Source: Dehalococcoidia bacterium
Lineage (GTDB): Bacteria > Chloroflexota > Dehalococcoidia > Plut-88900
NCBI GenBank assembly: GCA_965197645.1
Contig: OZ240219.1
Location: 1,056,001 to 1,120,000, forward strand
DNA: 64,000 nucleotides
Direction of reading: 5' to 3'
Below the pieces are notes generated by a model that searched no databases, was not told the origin of the DNA, and was given only the letters and a program-made list of their open reading frames with translations. This document shows, piece after piece, positions 45,426-55,449 of this stretch. A program made the position numbers and the translations under genes. The number at the start of each line of letters is the position of its first letter. Positions within the stretch are counted from its first letter, which is position 1.

Positions 45426-48303
45426 TCACCGGCTTCCTCCCCAGCCTTCCCAGGTCATCGATCGCTCGCGGCCGGTTACCTTCCAATACAACGGGCGCAC
45501 CATCCGGGGCTACCAGGGGGACACCTTGGCCACGGCGCTCTACGCCTCGGGGGTGAGGATTTTCAACCGCAGCTTCAAGTATCACCGCCCTAGGGGGCTG
45601 TTGTGCGTGTCCGGCCGGTGTCCCAACTGCATGATGAACGTGGACGGGACGCCAAACGTGAGGGCGTGCACCCGTGCTGCGACATCGGGGGCTGAGATTC
45701 GTCACCAGAACGCCTGGCCCTCGCTGGAGCACGACGCTCTATCCATCTTCGAGAAATTCGACCGGTTGATGCCGGTGGGGTTCTACTACAAGACGTTGAT
45801 CAAGCCCAAGGCCTCGTGGCATCTGGCCGAGCCCATAATCAGGAAGATCGCCGGACTGGGCGCCGTGGACACCGGCTCTGTATCCGATAACGACTATGAG
45901 CACGTCAACTCCTTCGCCGACGTTACGGTCGTCGGAGGAGGCCCTGCCGGTTGCTCCGCCGCCCTGGCGGCCGCAGAGCAGGGTCTGAGAGTCACTCTAC
46001 TCGATGATCAGCCGGCTCTCGGAGGACACCTTAGGTGGGAGACCCGTGCGCCTTTCCACGACGGGGAGTACGCCGGACTGCCCGGGTTCCAGGTAGCAGA
46101 AAAGCTTTCGGAGGCCGTTAACAACGCTCCGAACCTGACCGTACTCTCGGGAGCCACGGCCTTCGGACTGTATGAAGGCAAGCTGCTGGGGGTGCATCAA
46201 GGCCGGGAGCTGGTCAAGCTCCGCACCAAGCAGCTGGTGGTGGCCACGGGAGGCCAGCAGGTCCCATCGGTGTTCCCTCAGAACGACCTTCCCGGAGTGC
46301 TGCTGTCCACCGCGGCGTTGCGGCTGGCGAACATGTACGGGGTGAGCCCGGGAGACCGGGGCGTAGTGATCACCGATAACGACCAGGGGCTCGCCGCGGC
46401 GCTGGAGCTGGTCGGCGCCGGTGTGGCCGTGGAGGCGGTCGCCGACTCTCGATCGTCCGGTTCCGCGCTGACCGAAGAGCTCCATTCCGGGGGTGTGAAG
46501 GTGCTGCTCTCCCATACCATCCGGCAGGCAGAAGGCAAGAAGGGTGTTAAAGCCGCGGTCCTCACCGAGCTGCGGGACGGGTTGGTGGTCGATGGTGATC
46601 AGCGCATACCGGCCGATTTCATATGCCTGGCAACAGGATACGATCCGGCGACCGCACTGTTGCACCAGAGTGACTGCGAGCTGACGTACGATCCGGAGAT
46701 CGGAGAGTCCGTGCCGGGGAAGCTAGCGGAGGGCATCCACGTAGCGGGCGAGGTTACGGGAGTCCACGATCCGGTCGTCGGTGCGCTTCAGGGCAGGCTG
46801 GCCGGACTGAAGGCCGCGTCCGGGGATGTGGGTGACCTGGAAAAGCAGACGACGGAAGCCGAGCGGAGCTACAGAGAGCGGGCCTCGGTTGGCCAGACAC
46901 CGGCAGCGGCCGCTTCGTCCAAGAAAAAGTTCGTCTGTATATGTGAGGATGTGACCGATAAGGACGTGCAGGACGGCATCGCCGAGGGGTTCGATGACGT
47001 ACAGACCCTGAAACGGTACAGCACCGTATCGATGGGACCGTGCCAGGGGAAAATGTGCCATAAGTCGTTTGTGGAAGCTATTGCCGGGAGTACGGGCCGG
47101 AGCATCGCCGAGATTGGCGGCACCACTCCCCGGCCCCCTATACAGCCCGTCCCCATGGGCGCTATAGCCGGACCCAGTCATATGCCCTCCAGGTTCACGT
47201 CTATCCACCACAGGCACATCGAGATGGGCGGCAGGATGGCAGAGGTGGGCGAGTGGAGCCGTCCTCACTCCTACGGATCGCCCACCGACGAGGTAATGGC
47301 AGTTCGGAACCGGGTGGGCATTATCGACGTTTCAACTCTGGGGAAGCTGGACGTGCGGGGCAAGGATGCGCCGCGGCTGATGGACAAGGTGTACACCCAC
47401 AACTTCTCCAGCCTGAAGGTGGGCCGTATACGCTATGGAATGATCTGCTCGGACACGGGCGCCATCCTGGACGACGGCACCGTGACCCGCATCAGCGAGG
47501 AAGACTACTACGTCACCACCGGCTCCGGGAACATAGACCTGGTGGATGAGTGGTTCAAATGGTGGGCGGCGGGGACGGGGATGTGTGTGCACATGACCAA
47601 CGTTACCCCTGGGATCGGAGCGATAAACGTGGCCGGCCCCAGGGCCCGAGATACCCTGAGCAAGCTCACCGACGTCGGCCTCTCCACCGAAGGCTTCAAA
47701 TATATGAGGAGCGCTCGAGGTGAGGTGGCCGGGGTGGACTGCCTGCTGCTGAGAATCGGGTTCGTAGGTGAGACCGGATGGGAGGTCCACTTCCCGGCCG
47801 AGTATGGTGAGCACATATGGGACGCGTTGCTGGAAGCAGGCAACGAGTTCGGCATCGCTCCCTTCGGCGTGGAAGCGCAACGAATCCTCCGCCTGGAGAA
47901 GAAGCACCTTATCCCGGGCCAAGATACCGATATCATGTCGAATCCCATCGAGGCGGACATGGCCTGGGCCGTACGTTTCGAAAAAGAGGACTTCATCGGC
48001 CGAAACGCGCTGGCCGGCGTGCGTGACCGGGGTCTGCGAGACAAGCTGGTGGGGTTCGTAATGGAGAATGGGGCCGCCCCCCAGGACGGGACGCCAGTAC
48101 TCCGGGACGGCCTGCCCGTGGGCAAGGTGACCAGCGCCAGGTTCAGTCCCTCGGTGGGACGGAGCTTCGGGCTGGCGTGGGTGCCGGTGGACCTGTCCGA
48201 AGAGGGGGACGAAATACAGATACGCGTCGGCGGCCAAGCGGTGCCCGCCCGGGTAACCCTGGAGCCGGTCTACGATCCCGAAGGCAAGCGTCTGAGAGAG
48301 TGA
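45418..48303 (+). CDS. soxA: Sarcosine oxidase alpha-like subunit (N-methylglutamate dehydrogenase; folate-binding GcvT domain)
   Basis: GDTLATAL, RSFKYHRPRG, GFYYK, VGGGPAG, KRYST, DVSTLGK, DDGTV, FVGETGWE, LRLEK. Confidence 0.92.
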   Translation: MADHRLPPQPSQVIDRSRPVTFQYNGRTIRGYQGDTLATALYASGVRIFNRSFKYHRPRGLLCVSGRCPNCMMNVDGTPNVRACTRAATSGAEIRHQNAWPSLEHDALSIFEKFDRLMPVGFYYKTLIKPKASWHLAEPIIRKIAGLGAVDTGSVSDNDYEHVNSFADVTVVGGGPAGCSAALAAAEQGLRVTLLDDQPALGGHLRWETRAPFHDGEYAGLPGFQVAEKLSEAVNNAPNLTVLSGATAFGLYEGKLLGVHQGRELVKLRTKQLVVATGGQQVPSVFPQNDLPGVLLSTAALRLANMYGVSPGDRGVVITDNDQGLAAALELVGAGVAVEAVADSRSSGSALTEELHSGGVKVLLSHTIRQAEGKKGVKAAVLTELRDGLVVDGDQRIPADFICLATGYDPATALLHQSDCELTYDPEIGESVPGKLAEGIHVAGEVTGVHDPVVGALQGRLAGLKAASGDVGDLEKQTTEAERSYRERASVGQTPAAAASSKKKFVCICEDVTDKDVQDGIAEGFDDVQTLKRYSTVSMGPCQGKMCHKSFVEAIAGSTGRSIAEIGGTTPRPPIQPVPMGAIAGPSHMPSRFTSIHHRHIEMGGRMAEVGEWSRPHSYGSPTDEVMAVRNRVGIIDVSTLGKLDVRGKDAPRLMDKVYTHNFSSLKVGRIRYGMICSDTGAILDDGTVTRISEEDYYVTTGSGNIDLVDEWFKWWAAGTGMCVHMTNVTPGIGAINVAGPRARDTLSKLTDVGLSTEGFKYMRSARGEVAGVDCLLLRIGFVGETGWEVHFPAEYGEHIWDALLEAGNEFGIAPFGVEAQRILRLEKKHLIPGQDTDIMSNPIEADMAWAVRFEKEDFIGRNALAGVRDRGLRDKLVGFVMENGAAPQDGTPVLRDGLPVGKVTSARFSPSVGRSFGLAWVPVDLSEEGDEIQIRVGGQAVPARVTLEPVYDPEGKRLRE

Positions 48304-48304
48304 G

Positions 48305-49000
48305 ATGACGCTAACGACTCCCAGCAAGATAACCGCCCTCCATCACGCCCATCTAGGCCTTGGAGCCAGCATGGTGGAGAAGGACGGCTGGCTCGTAGCT
48401 GAGCGCTACGACTCGGTGGATGCCGAGATGGAAATGGCGGCGCAGGCCGGAGGTATCTGTGACATCAGCCCAATGGGCAAGCTGGACGTGCAGGGCAACA
48501 ATGCCCTCGCTGGTGTAGGTGAAGCACTCGGCCTGTCCGGCCAGTTGCCGGTCAGTGGGACTCGGAGAGTTGAGGAAGGGGGAGTAGCGGCCATCGGGCT
48601 GGCTCACGATGAGGCTCTGGTGCTTACGCCGGCAGGGGACATGGTGTCTATCGCCGAGCAGCTGGAGAAAGGGCTGGACGGATGTGCTCACCTGGTGGAC
48701 GTGACATCGGCGTGGGCGGCAATAGCAGTGGTGGGACCGCTTGCCCACCGCGTCCTATCCAAGGTGGCCGAGCTGGACTTGGACCCCAGGGTGTTTCCGG
48801 ATGGAGGCTGCGTTCAGGGAAAGGCCGTGGAGGTGCACGTCATTGTAGTCCGGTCGGATGTTGGGAAGACCCTCGGCTACCAGGTGCTGGTAACCAGGGA
48901 CTACGGGGAGTATCTCTGGGAGGCCCTGCTTCACGCTGGGCACGGCGAGGGAGTGGGCCCCGTAGGTTTCGAAGCATTGAGCAGGCTGAGATCGGGCTAG
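48305..49000 (+). CDS. soxG: Sarcosine oxidase gamma-like subunit
   Basis: GcvT-like fold (DISPMGKLDVQG, VDVTSAW, GP..VLSK..LDL, YGEYLW); position in operon. Confidence 0.8.
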   Translation: MTLTTPSKITALHHAHLGLGASMVEKDGWLVAERYDSVDAEMEMAAQAGGICDISPMGKLDVQGNNALAGVGEALGLSGQLPVSGTRRVEEGGVAAIGLAHDEALVLTPAGDMVSIAEQLEKGLDGCAHLVDVTSAWAAIAVVGPLAHRVLSKVAELDLDPRVFPDGGCVQGKAVEVHVIVVRSDVGKTLGYQVLVTRDYGEYLWEALLHAGHGEGVGPVGFEALSRLRSG

Positions 49001-49014
49001 TCTAGGGGATCGCA

Positions 49015-50232
49015 TTGCTGCAGATTTTCAGAAAAGAACGTATGTGGCACAGCGTACCGCTGCGCAACAAGTACGATATTGTCATTATCGGTGCCGGGGT
49101 ACATGGATTGTCGACGGCTTACTACCTGGGCAAGCGCGGGATCACCAACGTCGCGTTGCTGGATAAGGGATACCTGGGCGGGGGCGCCAGCGCCCGGTCC
49201 ACGGCCATCCTCAGAGCCAACTATGTCACTACAGAAGGGATCCCCTTCTTTCACGAAAGCCTCAAGCTGTACGAGGACCTGGCCCAGGACCTGAACTACA
49301 ACATGTTGTTCAGCCAGTTTGGACGGCTGGAGCTCGCGCACACCGAGTCCTCCATCTACGCACTGCGGAATCGGGTGGAGTTCAACGCGGCTATGGACGT
49401 GGACAGCCGGCTGGTGGGCCCCGATGAAATCAAAGAGTTGGTCCCGCCCCTCGATCTTCGGGAGGGGAGGAGCTTGCCGGTGCTGGCCGGCCTGTATCAT
49501 CCACCCGCAGGCGTGATCCGCCACGACGCGGTGATATGGGCCTACGCCCGGGCAGTGGACAAGCTGGGGGCCGAGATCCACCCGTTTACCGAGGTGACCG
49601 GCATACAGCGGCGCAACGGGCGGGTCGTCGGGGTCGAGACGGACAAGGGGAACATCGAGGCTGACCTGGTGGTGAACTGCACGGCCGCTTGGTCCTCCAC
49701 CATCGCCAAGATGGTGGGGCTAGACCTGCCCCTGGTCACCCATCCCCTTCAGGCCCTGGTCACGGAGCCGTTGAAGCCGCTGCTTGATACGGGCGTTTCA
49801 TCGACCAACTTTCACGTCTACGTCTACCAGACGGACCGGGGGGAGCTGGTCATAGGCGGCGCCGTAGATGATTACCCTTCTTACAGTCACAAGTCGACCT
49901 TCCACCGTTTGGAGGACCTGGTCTCCCACGCCCTGGAGCTGCTGCCGTTCCTGAAAGAGGTCAACGTGCTCCGGCAGTGGACAGGCCTATGCGACATGAC
50001 CCCCGACTACGTCCCTATCATGGGGCCTGTGCCGGGCATCGAGGGGTTCCTGCTGAACTGCGGTTGGGGGACCTACGGGTTCAAGGCGGGGCCCATCGGG
50101 GGCAAGACGATGGCGGAGCTGATCGCTACGGGCAGAACGCCGGACCTCATCAAGCCCTTCTCCCTCGAACGGTTCGATGACGGTCGGCTGGTTAATGAGA
50201 AGGGGGCCGCTTCCTCGGCCGCCCTTCACTGA
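49015..50232 (+). CDS. soxB: Sarcosine oxidase beta-like FAD subunit (N-methylglutamate dehydrogenase)
   Basis: IIGAGVHG, LRANY, RHDAV, LQALVTEP, RQWTGLCDMTPD, GWGTYGFKA. Confidence 0.9.
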   Translation: MLQIFRKERMWHSVPLRNKYDIVIIGAGVHGLSTAYYLGKRGITNVALLDKGYLGGGASARSTAILRANYVTTEGIPFFHESLKLYEDLAQDLNYNMLFSQFGRLELAHTESSIYALRNRVEFNAAMDVDSRLVGPDEIKELVPPLDLREGRSLPVLAGLYHPPAGVIRHDAVIWAYARAVDKLGAEIHPFTEVTGIQRRNGRVVGVETDKGNIEADLVVNCTAAWSSTIAKMVGLDLPLVTHPLQALVTEPLKPLLDTGVSSTNFHVYVYQTDRGELVIGGAVDDYPSYSHKSTFHRLEDLVSHALELLPFLKEVNVLRQWTGLCDMTPDYVPIMGPVPGIEGFLLNCGWGTYGFKAGPIGGKTMAELIATGRTPDLIKPFSLERFDDGRLVNEKGAASSAALH

Positions 50233-50246
50233 GCTGGGGGTAGACC

Positions 50247-51653
50247 ATGCAAGAGGAGATCTGTTTCGCATCGGCCACGGAGCTGGCGGCGAAAGTGCGG
50301 GGCAAAGAACTGTCGCCCATTGAGGTTGCCCAGGCACACCTGGAGCGAATCGAGGCGATAAACCCCGCCATCAACGCCATCGTAATCCCAACGGACGACG
50401 TGCTTGACCGGGCCAGGGAGGCGGAGGCGGCTGTGATGGCAGGCGGAGAGTTGGGGCCCCTTCACGGCGTGCCCTACACCTTGAAAGATTGCATCGAGAC
50501 CTCCGGTCTGCCCATGACCCTCGGCTCGAAGCTGTTCGATAGCTACGTCTCCCAACAGGATGCCACGGTCTATACCCGCCTCAGGGACGCGGGTGGGATA
50601 CTGCTGGGCAAGACCAACATGCCCGAGTTTGCCCTGTGGTGGGAGACGGACAACCTGGTCTTCGGTAGGACGAACAATCCGTGGGACCTGGAGAGGAATC
50701 CCGGCGGGTCCAGCGGAGGCGAGGCGGCGGCCATAGCCACCGGTCTATCGCCTTTGGGGCTAGGCACAGATCTGGGCGGGTCCATCAGGGAACCGGCCAA
50801 CTTTTGCGGCATTGTAGGGTTGAAGCCGACACTGGGTAGGGTGCCTTACACCAACATCGAGCCTCAGACCATCCTCAGGGCGATACACGTTGGACCGATG
50901 GCGAGGTCGGTAGAAGACATCGCGCTCGGGCTATCTATCCTGGCGGGCCCAGATGGCATCGACGTCTACGCTCCGCCGGTGCCGGTACAGGACTACAGCG
51001 ATATAGAGGCCGTCCCCTCCGAGACCAGAATAGGGTGGAGCCCCACTGGAGGGACCCCGGTCGACCCGGAGGTGCAGAAGGTGGTCGAAGAGGCGGCCAA
51101 CGCGCTCGCCGAGATGGGACTGAACGTAGAGGCGACGGAGATTCCGGCGCTGGCCGAGAAAGACGCCGGTCTCATCTCGTCCAAGATGTACCTGCCCGAG
51201 GCGGGGCGCCACATGGAATCTATTATCAAGGGCCGGGAGTCCGACCTAACCGAGCTGCTGAGGCAGCGCTACGTCGATAGCCCGCCCGTGCCCTTCGAGG
51301 AATACCTCGAGGCCGGCGTCATGTGGGAGGAGCTGAAGCGGGAGGTTGCCGAGTACTTCCGCCGATACGACCTGTTCATCTGCCCGACGGTCCCGATGTC
51401 GGCCTATCCCCACCGGCAGACCGAGTTCAACATCGAGGGCGAAACGCTGCTGGGGAGGCACGCGCTGAGGGCCACCGTGCCGTGGGACCTGACCGGCTCA
51501 CCGGCGATATCGGTGCCCTTCGGCTGGAGCTCGGAGGGCATGCCGATAGGTGTGCAGGTGGTGGGACGCCACTTCGACGAGCTAACGGTGCTGCAGGCGG
51601 CCAGGGCGTTGGAATCGCACAGGGGCGAGCTGCGGCATCCGAAGATGGACTAA
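50247..51653 (+). CDS. Amidase signature family protein
   Basis: GPLHGVPYTLKD, GKTNMPE, PGGSSGGEAAA, GTDLGGSIREPA. Confidence 0.93.
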   Translation: MQEEICFASATELAAKVRGKELSPIEVAQAHLERIEAINPAINAIVIPTDDVLDRAREAEAAVMAGGELGPLHGVPYTLKDCIETSGLPMTLGSKLFDSYVSQQDATVYTRLRDAGGILLGKTNMPEFALWWETDNLVFGRTNNPWDLERNPGGSSGGEAAAIATGLSPLGLGTDLGGSIREPANFCGIVGLKPTLGRVPYTNIEPQTILRAIHVGPMARSVEDIALGLSILAGPDGIDVYAPPVPVQDYSDIEAVPSETRIGWSPTGGTPVDPEVQKVVEEAANALAEMGLNVEATEIPALAEKDAGLISSKMYLPEAGRHMESIIKGRESDLTELLRQRYVDSPPVPFEEYLEAGVMWEELKREVAEYFRRYDLFICPTVPMSAYPHRQTEFNIEGETLLGRHALRATVPWDLTGSPAISVPFGWSSEGMPIGVQVVGRHFDELTVLQAARALESHRGELRHPKMD

Positions 51654-51710
51654 GGACCGGTAGTCCACCCCGGACTATTCGACCTATCGACTCCCTCAGG
51701 GTGGAAGGCG

Positions 51711-52799
51711 CTATGCGCCGTTGGAGACCCCGTACATGTGGAGGGCATTGTCGGATAGGATCTTCTTCTTGATCTCCTCGGTCAGGTCGTCCCGGGTCCA
51801 GAAGTGCTCGATGTTCTCGGGGTACTCGTTGTCCCAATGAGGCCAGTCGGAGGCGTAGAATAGAGCGTCCTCACCCAGTATCTCGATCGCTTGGGGGATC
51901 AGGTCCTCGGAAGGCTCGGCGTGGACGAAGACCCGGTCGCTCTTGAGGTATTCGCTGGGTTTCCGTTTGCACTCCTTCGCCTCGAGCCAACCCCGCTTCT
52001 CCCACTCTTCGTCCATCCGGTTCAGGAAGAAGGGCACCCAGGTACAGCCGGTTTCCAGGTAGGCGACTTTAAGGGTTGGAAAGCGCTCGAACACGCCCTC
52101 GTAGGTCATGTGGACCAGCTGGAGCATGTTGGAGATGGGAAACGCGGTGGTGTGACGCTGGATGAACTTGGTGTACTTCATGTACTCGGAGGTTCCGCCG
52201 TGGACTGCGATGAGGCAGCCGAGGCTTTGGGCCTCCTCGTAGAAGGGATCGAACTTCCTGTCTCCCAGCCCTCCGAACCCTACTGCCGGCACCATGACCC
52301 CGGAGAAGCCCATGTCGGCGTAGGTCCTTCGCATCTCCTTAACCGCCTCGTCCACCTGTGCCAGGGGTGCCAGGGACACGGCCTTGAGCCTGGGGCTGGT
52401 CGCCAGCCATTCCTCGGCCACGGCATTGTTGTAAGCCTTCCCCAGGGCCGTCTGGTAGTCGGGGTCCCATATCGTGCCGTAGGTCAGGAGCACGGTGGGG
52501 AACAGGAAGGTCATGCTCATGCCCCCCCTGTCCAGCATCTCCAACCAGTCCTTTGGAAAGGGATAGCCGGCGGCACCGGGGCTGCCCATTCTCCCGCCGA
52601 GGGTGGAATCGACAAATGCCCGGCTGGTTATGGCGCTGCCGTGGCCAACTATTCCCTGGGTGTTGGGGGTGCTGTCCAAGAGGAAGGAGTCGTAGGGCGG
52701 CGCCAGGTATTCCCTCAGGCGGGCCTGGTCCTCCACGATGTGTCCGTCGGCATCGACTACTCCGAATGGCGGCGGCATGACGTTCCTCCTGGTTGACAC
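51711..52799 (-). CDS. Amidohydrolase 2 family protein
   Basis: DADGH, AYN, AVH, VFERFPTLKVAYLETGCTW, YASDWPHWD, KILSDNA. Confidence 0.9.
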   Translation of the reverse strand: MSTRRNVMPPPFGVVDADGHIVEDQARLREYLAPPYDSFLLDSTPNTQGIVGHGSAITSRAFVDSTLGGRMGSPGAAGYPFPKDWLEMLDRGGMSMTFLFPTVLLTYGTIWDPDYQTALGKAYNNAVAEEWLATSPRLKAVSLAPLAQVDEAVKEMRRTYADMGFSGVMVPAVGFGGLGDRKFDPFYEEAQSLGCLIAVHGGTSEYMKYTKFIQRHTTAFPISNMLQLVHMTYEGVFERFPTLKVAYLETGCTWVPFFLNRMDEEWEKRGWLEAKECKRKPSEYLKSDRVFVHAEPSEDLIPQAIEILGEDALFYASDWPHWDNEYPENIEHFWTRDDLTEEIKKKILSDNALHMYGVSNGA

Positions 52800-53015
52800 C
52801 TATGTAAAGTAGAGTAAGTCTACCCCTTTTGATAGTGCCGCACAACGAAACACGCCTTAACATTGGCTCCGGTCAACCCACCCTGCGGTGACAATGTTAC
52901 CTGAGTGAACAGTACCGGCCTCGGCGACGTCCACTGTGGACGAGTACGTGGGGTTGCTACGGATAATGCCGGCAAGTATCATTGCCTAGGTTGCACGATT
53001 CCAGGAGGTTCAACC

Positions 53016-54188
53016 ATGAGATTTGCTTTTACGCCTGAAGAAGAAGCCTTTAGAGAAGAGGTCCGGGACTACCTGCGTCGGGAGTGGACGGAGGAGCTGC
53101 CCAGCTATGAAAGCGGCTCGGAAGAGTCGTGGGAGATCGAGCAGGAGATGCGGAGGAAGCTGGCCGATAAGGGCTGGCTTACCCTCTCCTGGCCGAAGAA
53201 ATATGGCGGGCTTGAGGCCACCACGATGCAGCAGGTGATCTTCAACGACGAGTGGAGCTACGCACAGGCGCCGGGCCGGGATGGCCTGGGGATAGGGTTC
53301 ATCGGTCCCGCCATCATGGTGCATGGCACTGAGGAGCAAAAGGTACGGCACATTAGAGGCATCGCCAAAGGAGAGGTGGTCTGGTGCCAGGGATACTCGG
53401 AGCCGGAGTCCGGGTCGGACTTGGCCTCTCTCCAGACCAGGGCCGTAGAGGATGGCGAACACTACGTGATCAACGGGCAGAAGATATGGACCAGCCAGGC
53501 CCACAAGGCCGACTGGATACTGCTGCTGGCTCGCACCGATGCCGAGGCGCCGAAACACCGGGGGATCACCATGTTCCTGGCTGACATGAAGACGCCCGGA
53601 GTCTCGGTGCGGCCTATCATCGACATGACGGGACATCACCCGTTCAACGAGACCTTCTTCGATAACGTTCGGGTGCCCAAAACCAACATCGTCGGGGAGA
53701 TCAACCGGGGATGGTACGCAGGCATGACGCTGCTAGACTTCGAGCGCTCAGGAGTCGGCTACTGCGCCATGTCCAAGCGGGCCCTGGACGAGACCGTAAG
53801 ATACGCCCGGACGACAAAGTCCAACGGACGGACGTTGATCGAGCAACCTGAAGTTCGAAACAAGCTGGCCGGCATGGCGGTGGAGATCGAAGTCGCTTAC
53901 ATGCTTTCGTACCAGATCGCCTGGATGCAAAGCAATGGCGAGGTGCCCAACAAGGAGGCGTCCATGGGCAAGGCCTTCACCACCGAGGTGGAGCAGCGGA
54001 CCTTCCAGATGGGCATGCAGGTGCTGGGTCTTCACGGGCAGCTGCTGAAAGGCTCCAGGCACGCTCCGCTGGAGGGGTTCATCGAGAGAAACTACCTCAG
54101 GACCATCTCCGACACGATACAGAGCGGGACGTCCGAGATTCAGCGAAACATCATAGCGACCAGGGGCCTGGGCCTGCCGAGACAGTAG
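53016..54188 (+). CDS. Acyl-CoA dehydrogenase
   Basis: WPKKYGG, WCQGYSEPESGSDLASL, INGQKIWTS, NETFFDNV, GTSEIQR; AGGAGG RBS. Confidence 0.94.
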   Translation: MRFAFTPEEEAFREEVRDYLRREWTEELPSYESGSEESWEIEQEMRRKLADKGWLTLSWPKKYGGLEATTMQQVIFNDEWSYAQAPGRDGLGIGFIGPAIMVHGTEEQKVRHIRGIAKGEVVWCQGYSEPESGSDLASLQTRAVEDGEHYVINGQKIWTSQAHKADWILLLARTDAEAPKHRGITMFLADMKTPGVSVRPIIDMTGHHPFNETFFDNVRVPKTNIVGEINRGWYAGMTLLDFERSGVGYCAMSKRALDETVRYARTTKSNGRTLIEQPEVRNKLAGMAVEIEVAYMLSYQIAWMQSNGEVPNKEASMGKAFTTEVEQRTFQMGMQVLGLHGQLLKGSRHAPLEGFIERNYLRTISDTIQSGTSEIQRNIIATRGLGLPRQ

Positions 54189-54257
54189 TTAAGTCATCTT
54201 GTCCGATATCGAGGCAGCGGGTATCATTAACCAGCCCGCTATCAAGGAGGTTGCACC

Positions 54258-55430
54258 GTGAGGTATGAATTCACGCCCGAGGAACAGGCTTTTCGAGGAG
54301 AGGTACAGCAATTTCTACGCGACAACTGGACCGATGACCTGACGGAAGTCGAGGGGGGAAGCGACGAGTGGTGGGAGAACGAGGTATCCATGAGGAAGAA
54401 GCTGGCCGATAACGGCTGGCTGGCCATGTCGTGGCCCAAAGAGTACGGCGGCTCCGACGCTACCGTTATGCAGCAGGTGATCTTTTCCGACGAGTGGAGC
54501 TACGCTCTAGCGCCAGGACGGGACGGCGAGGGGATCGGATACATTGGCCCTGCCATCATGGTCCACGGCTCGGAAGAGCAGAAGGTGAAGCACCTGGGCG
54601 GCATAGCCAGGGGAGAGGTGGTGTGGTGCCAGGGCTATTCCGAACCCGAGGCCGGCTCTGACCTGGCATCCCTGGCGACCAGGGCCGAGGACAAAGGCGA
54701 CCATTACCTGATAAACGGTCAGAAGATATGGACCAGCCAGGCCCACGTGTCCGACTGGGTCCTGCTCCTTGCCAGGACCGACCAGGATGCTCCCAAGCAC
54801 AGAGGGATCACCATGTTCCTGGCGGATATGAAGACGCCCGGCATCTCGGTACGTCCCATCATAAACATGACCGGCTCCCACGAGTTCAACGAGACCTTCT
54901 TCGACAACGTAAAGGTCCCCAAGGAGAACGTAGTCGGGGAGGTCAACCGGGGATGGTACGCGGGCATGACCCTGCTGGACTTCGAGCGCTCCGGCGTGGA
55001 GTACTGCGCCCTGTCCCGGAGGGCTGTGGACGAAACGATGAAGTATGCCCAAGAGACCGAGATAAACGGAAAGTCCCTGGCGGATGTCCCGCAGATCCGA
55101 AACAAGCTGGCCGACATGGCGGTGGAGACCGAGGTGTCCTACATGCTGTCCTACCAGATAGCCTGGATGCAGGCCGCAGGCGAGGTGCCCAACAAGGAGG
55201 CCTCCATGGGTAAGGCCTTCTCCACCGAGTCCGAGCAGCGGGTGTTCCAGCAGGCTATGCAAGTCCTGGGACTGCACGGCCAGCTGGTCGGCGACTCCAA
55301 GCATTCGCCGCTGAAGGGATTCATCGAGAAGAACTACCTCAAGAGCATCTCGGACACCATTCAGAGCGGCACCTCCGAGATTCAGAGGCGGATCATCGCC
55401 ACCCGAGGGTTGGGCCTGCCGAGAGAGTAA
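54258..55430 (+). CDS. Acyl-CoA dehydrogenase (tandem paralog)
   Basis: Same motifs as upstream gene with long identical stretches; AAGGAGG RBS. Confidence 0.94.
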   Translation: MRYEFTPEEQAFRGEVQQFLRDNWTDDLTEVEGGSDEWWENEVSMRKKLADNGWLAMSWPKEYGGSDATVMQQVIFSDEWSYALAPGRDGEGIGYIGPAIMVHGSEEQKVKHLGGIARGEVVWCQGYSEPEAGSDLASLATRAEDKGDHYLINGQKIWTSQAHVSDWVLLLARTDQDAPKHRGITMFLADMKTPGISVRPIINMTGSHEFNETFFDNVKVPKENVVGEVNRGWYAGMTLLDFERSGVEYCALSRRAVDETMKYAQETEINGKSLADVPQIRNKLADMAVETEVSYMLSYQIAWMQAAGEVPNKEASMGKAFSTESEQRVFQQAMQVLGLHGQLVGDSKHSPLKGFIEKNYLKSISDTIQSGTSEIQRRIIATRGLGLPRE

Positions 55431-55449
55431 ACTCATTTCGCGACTATCC

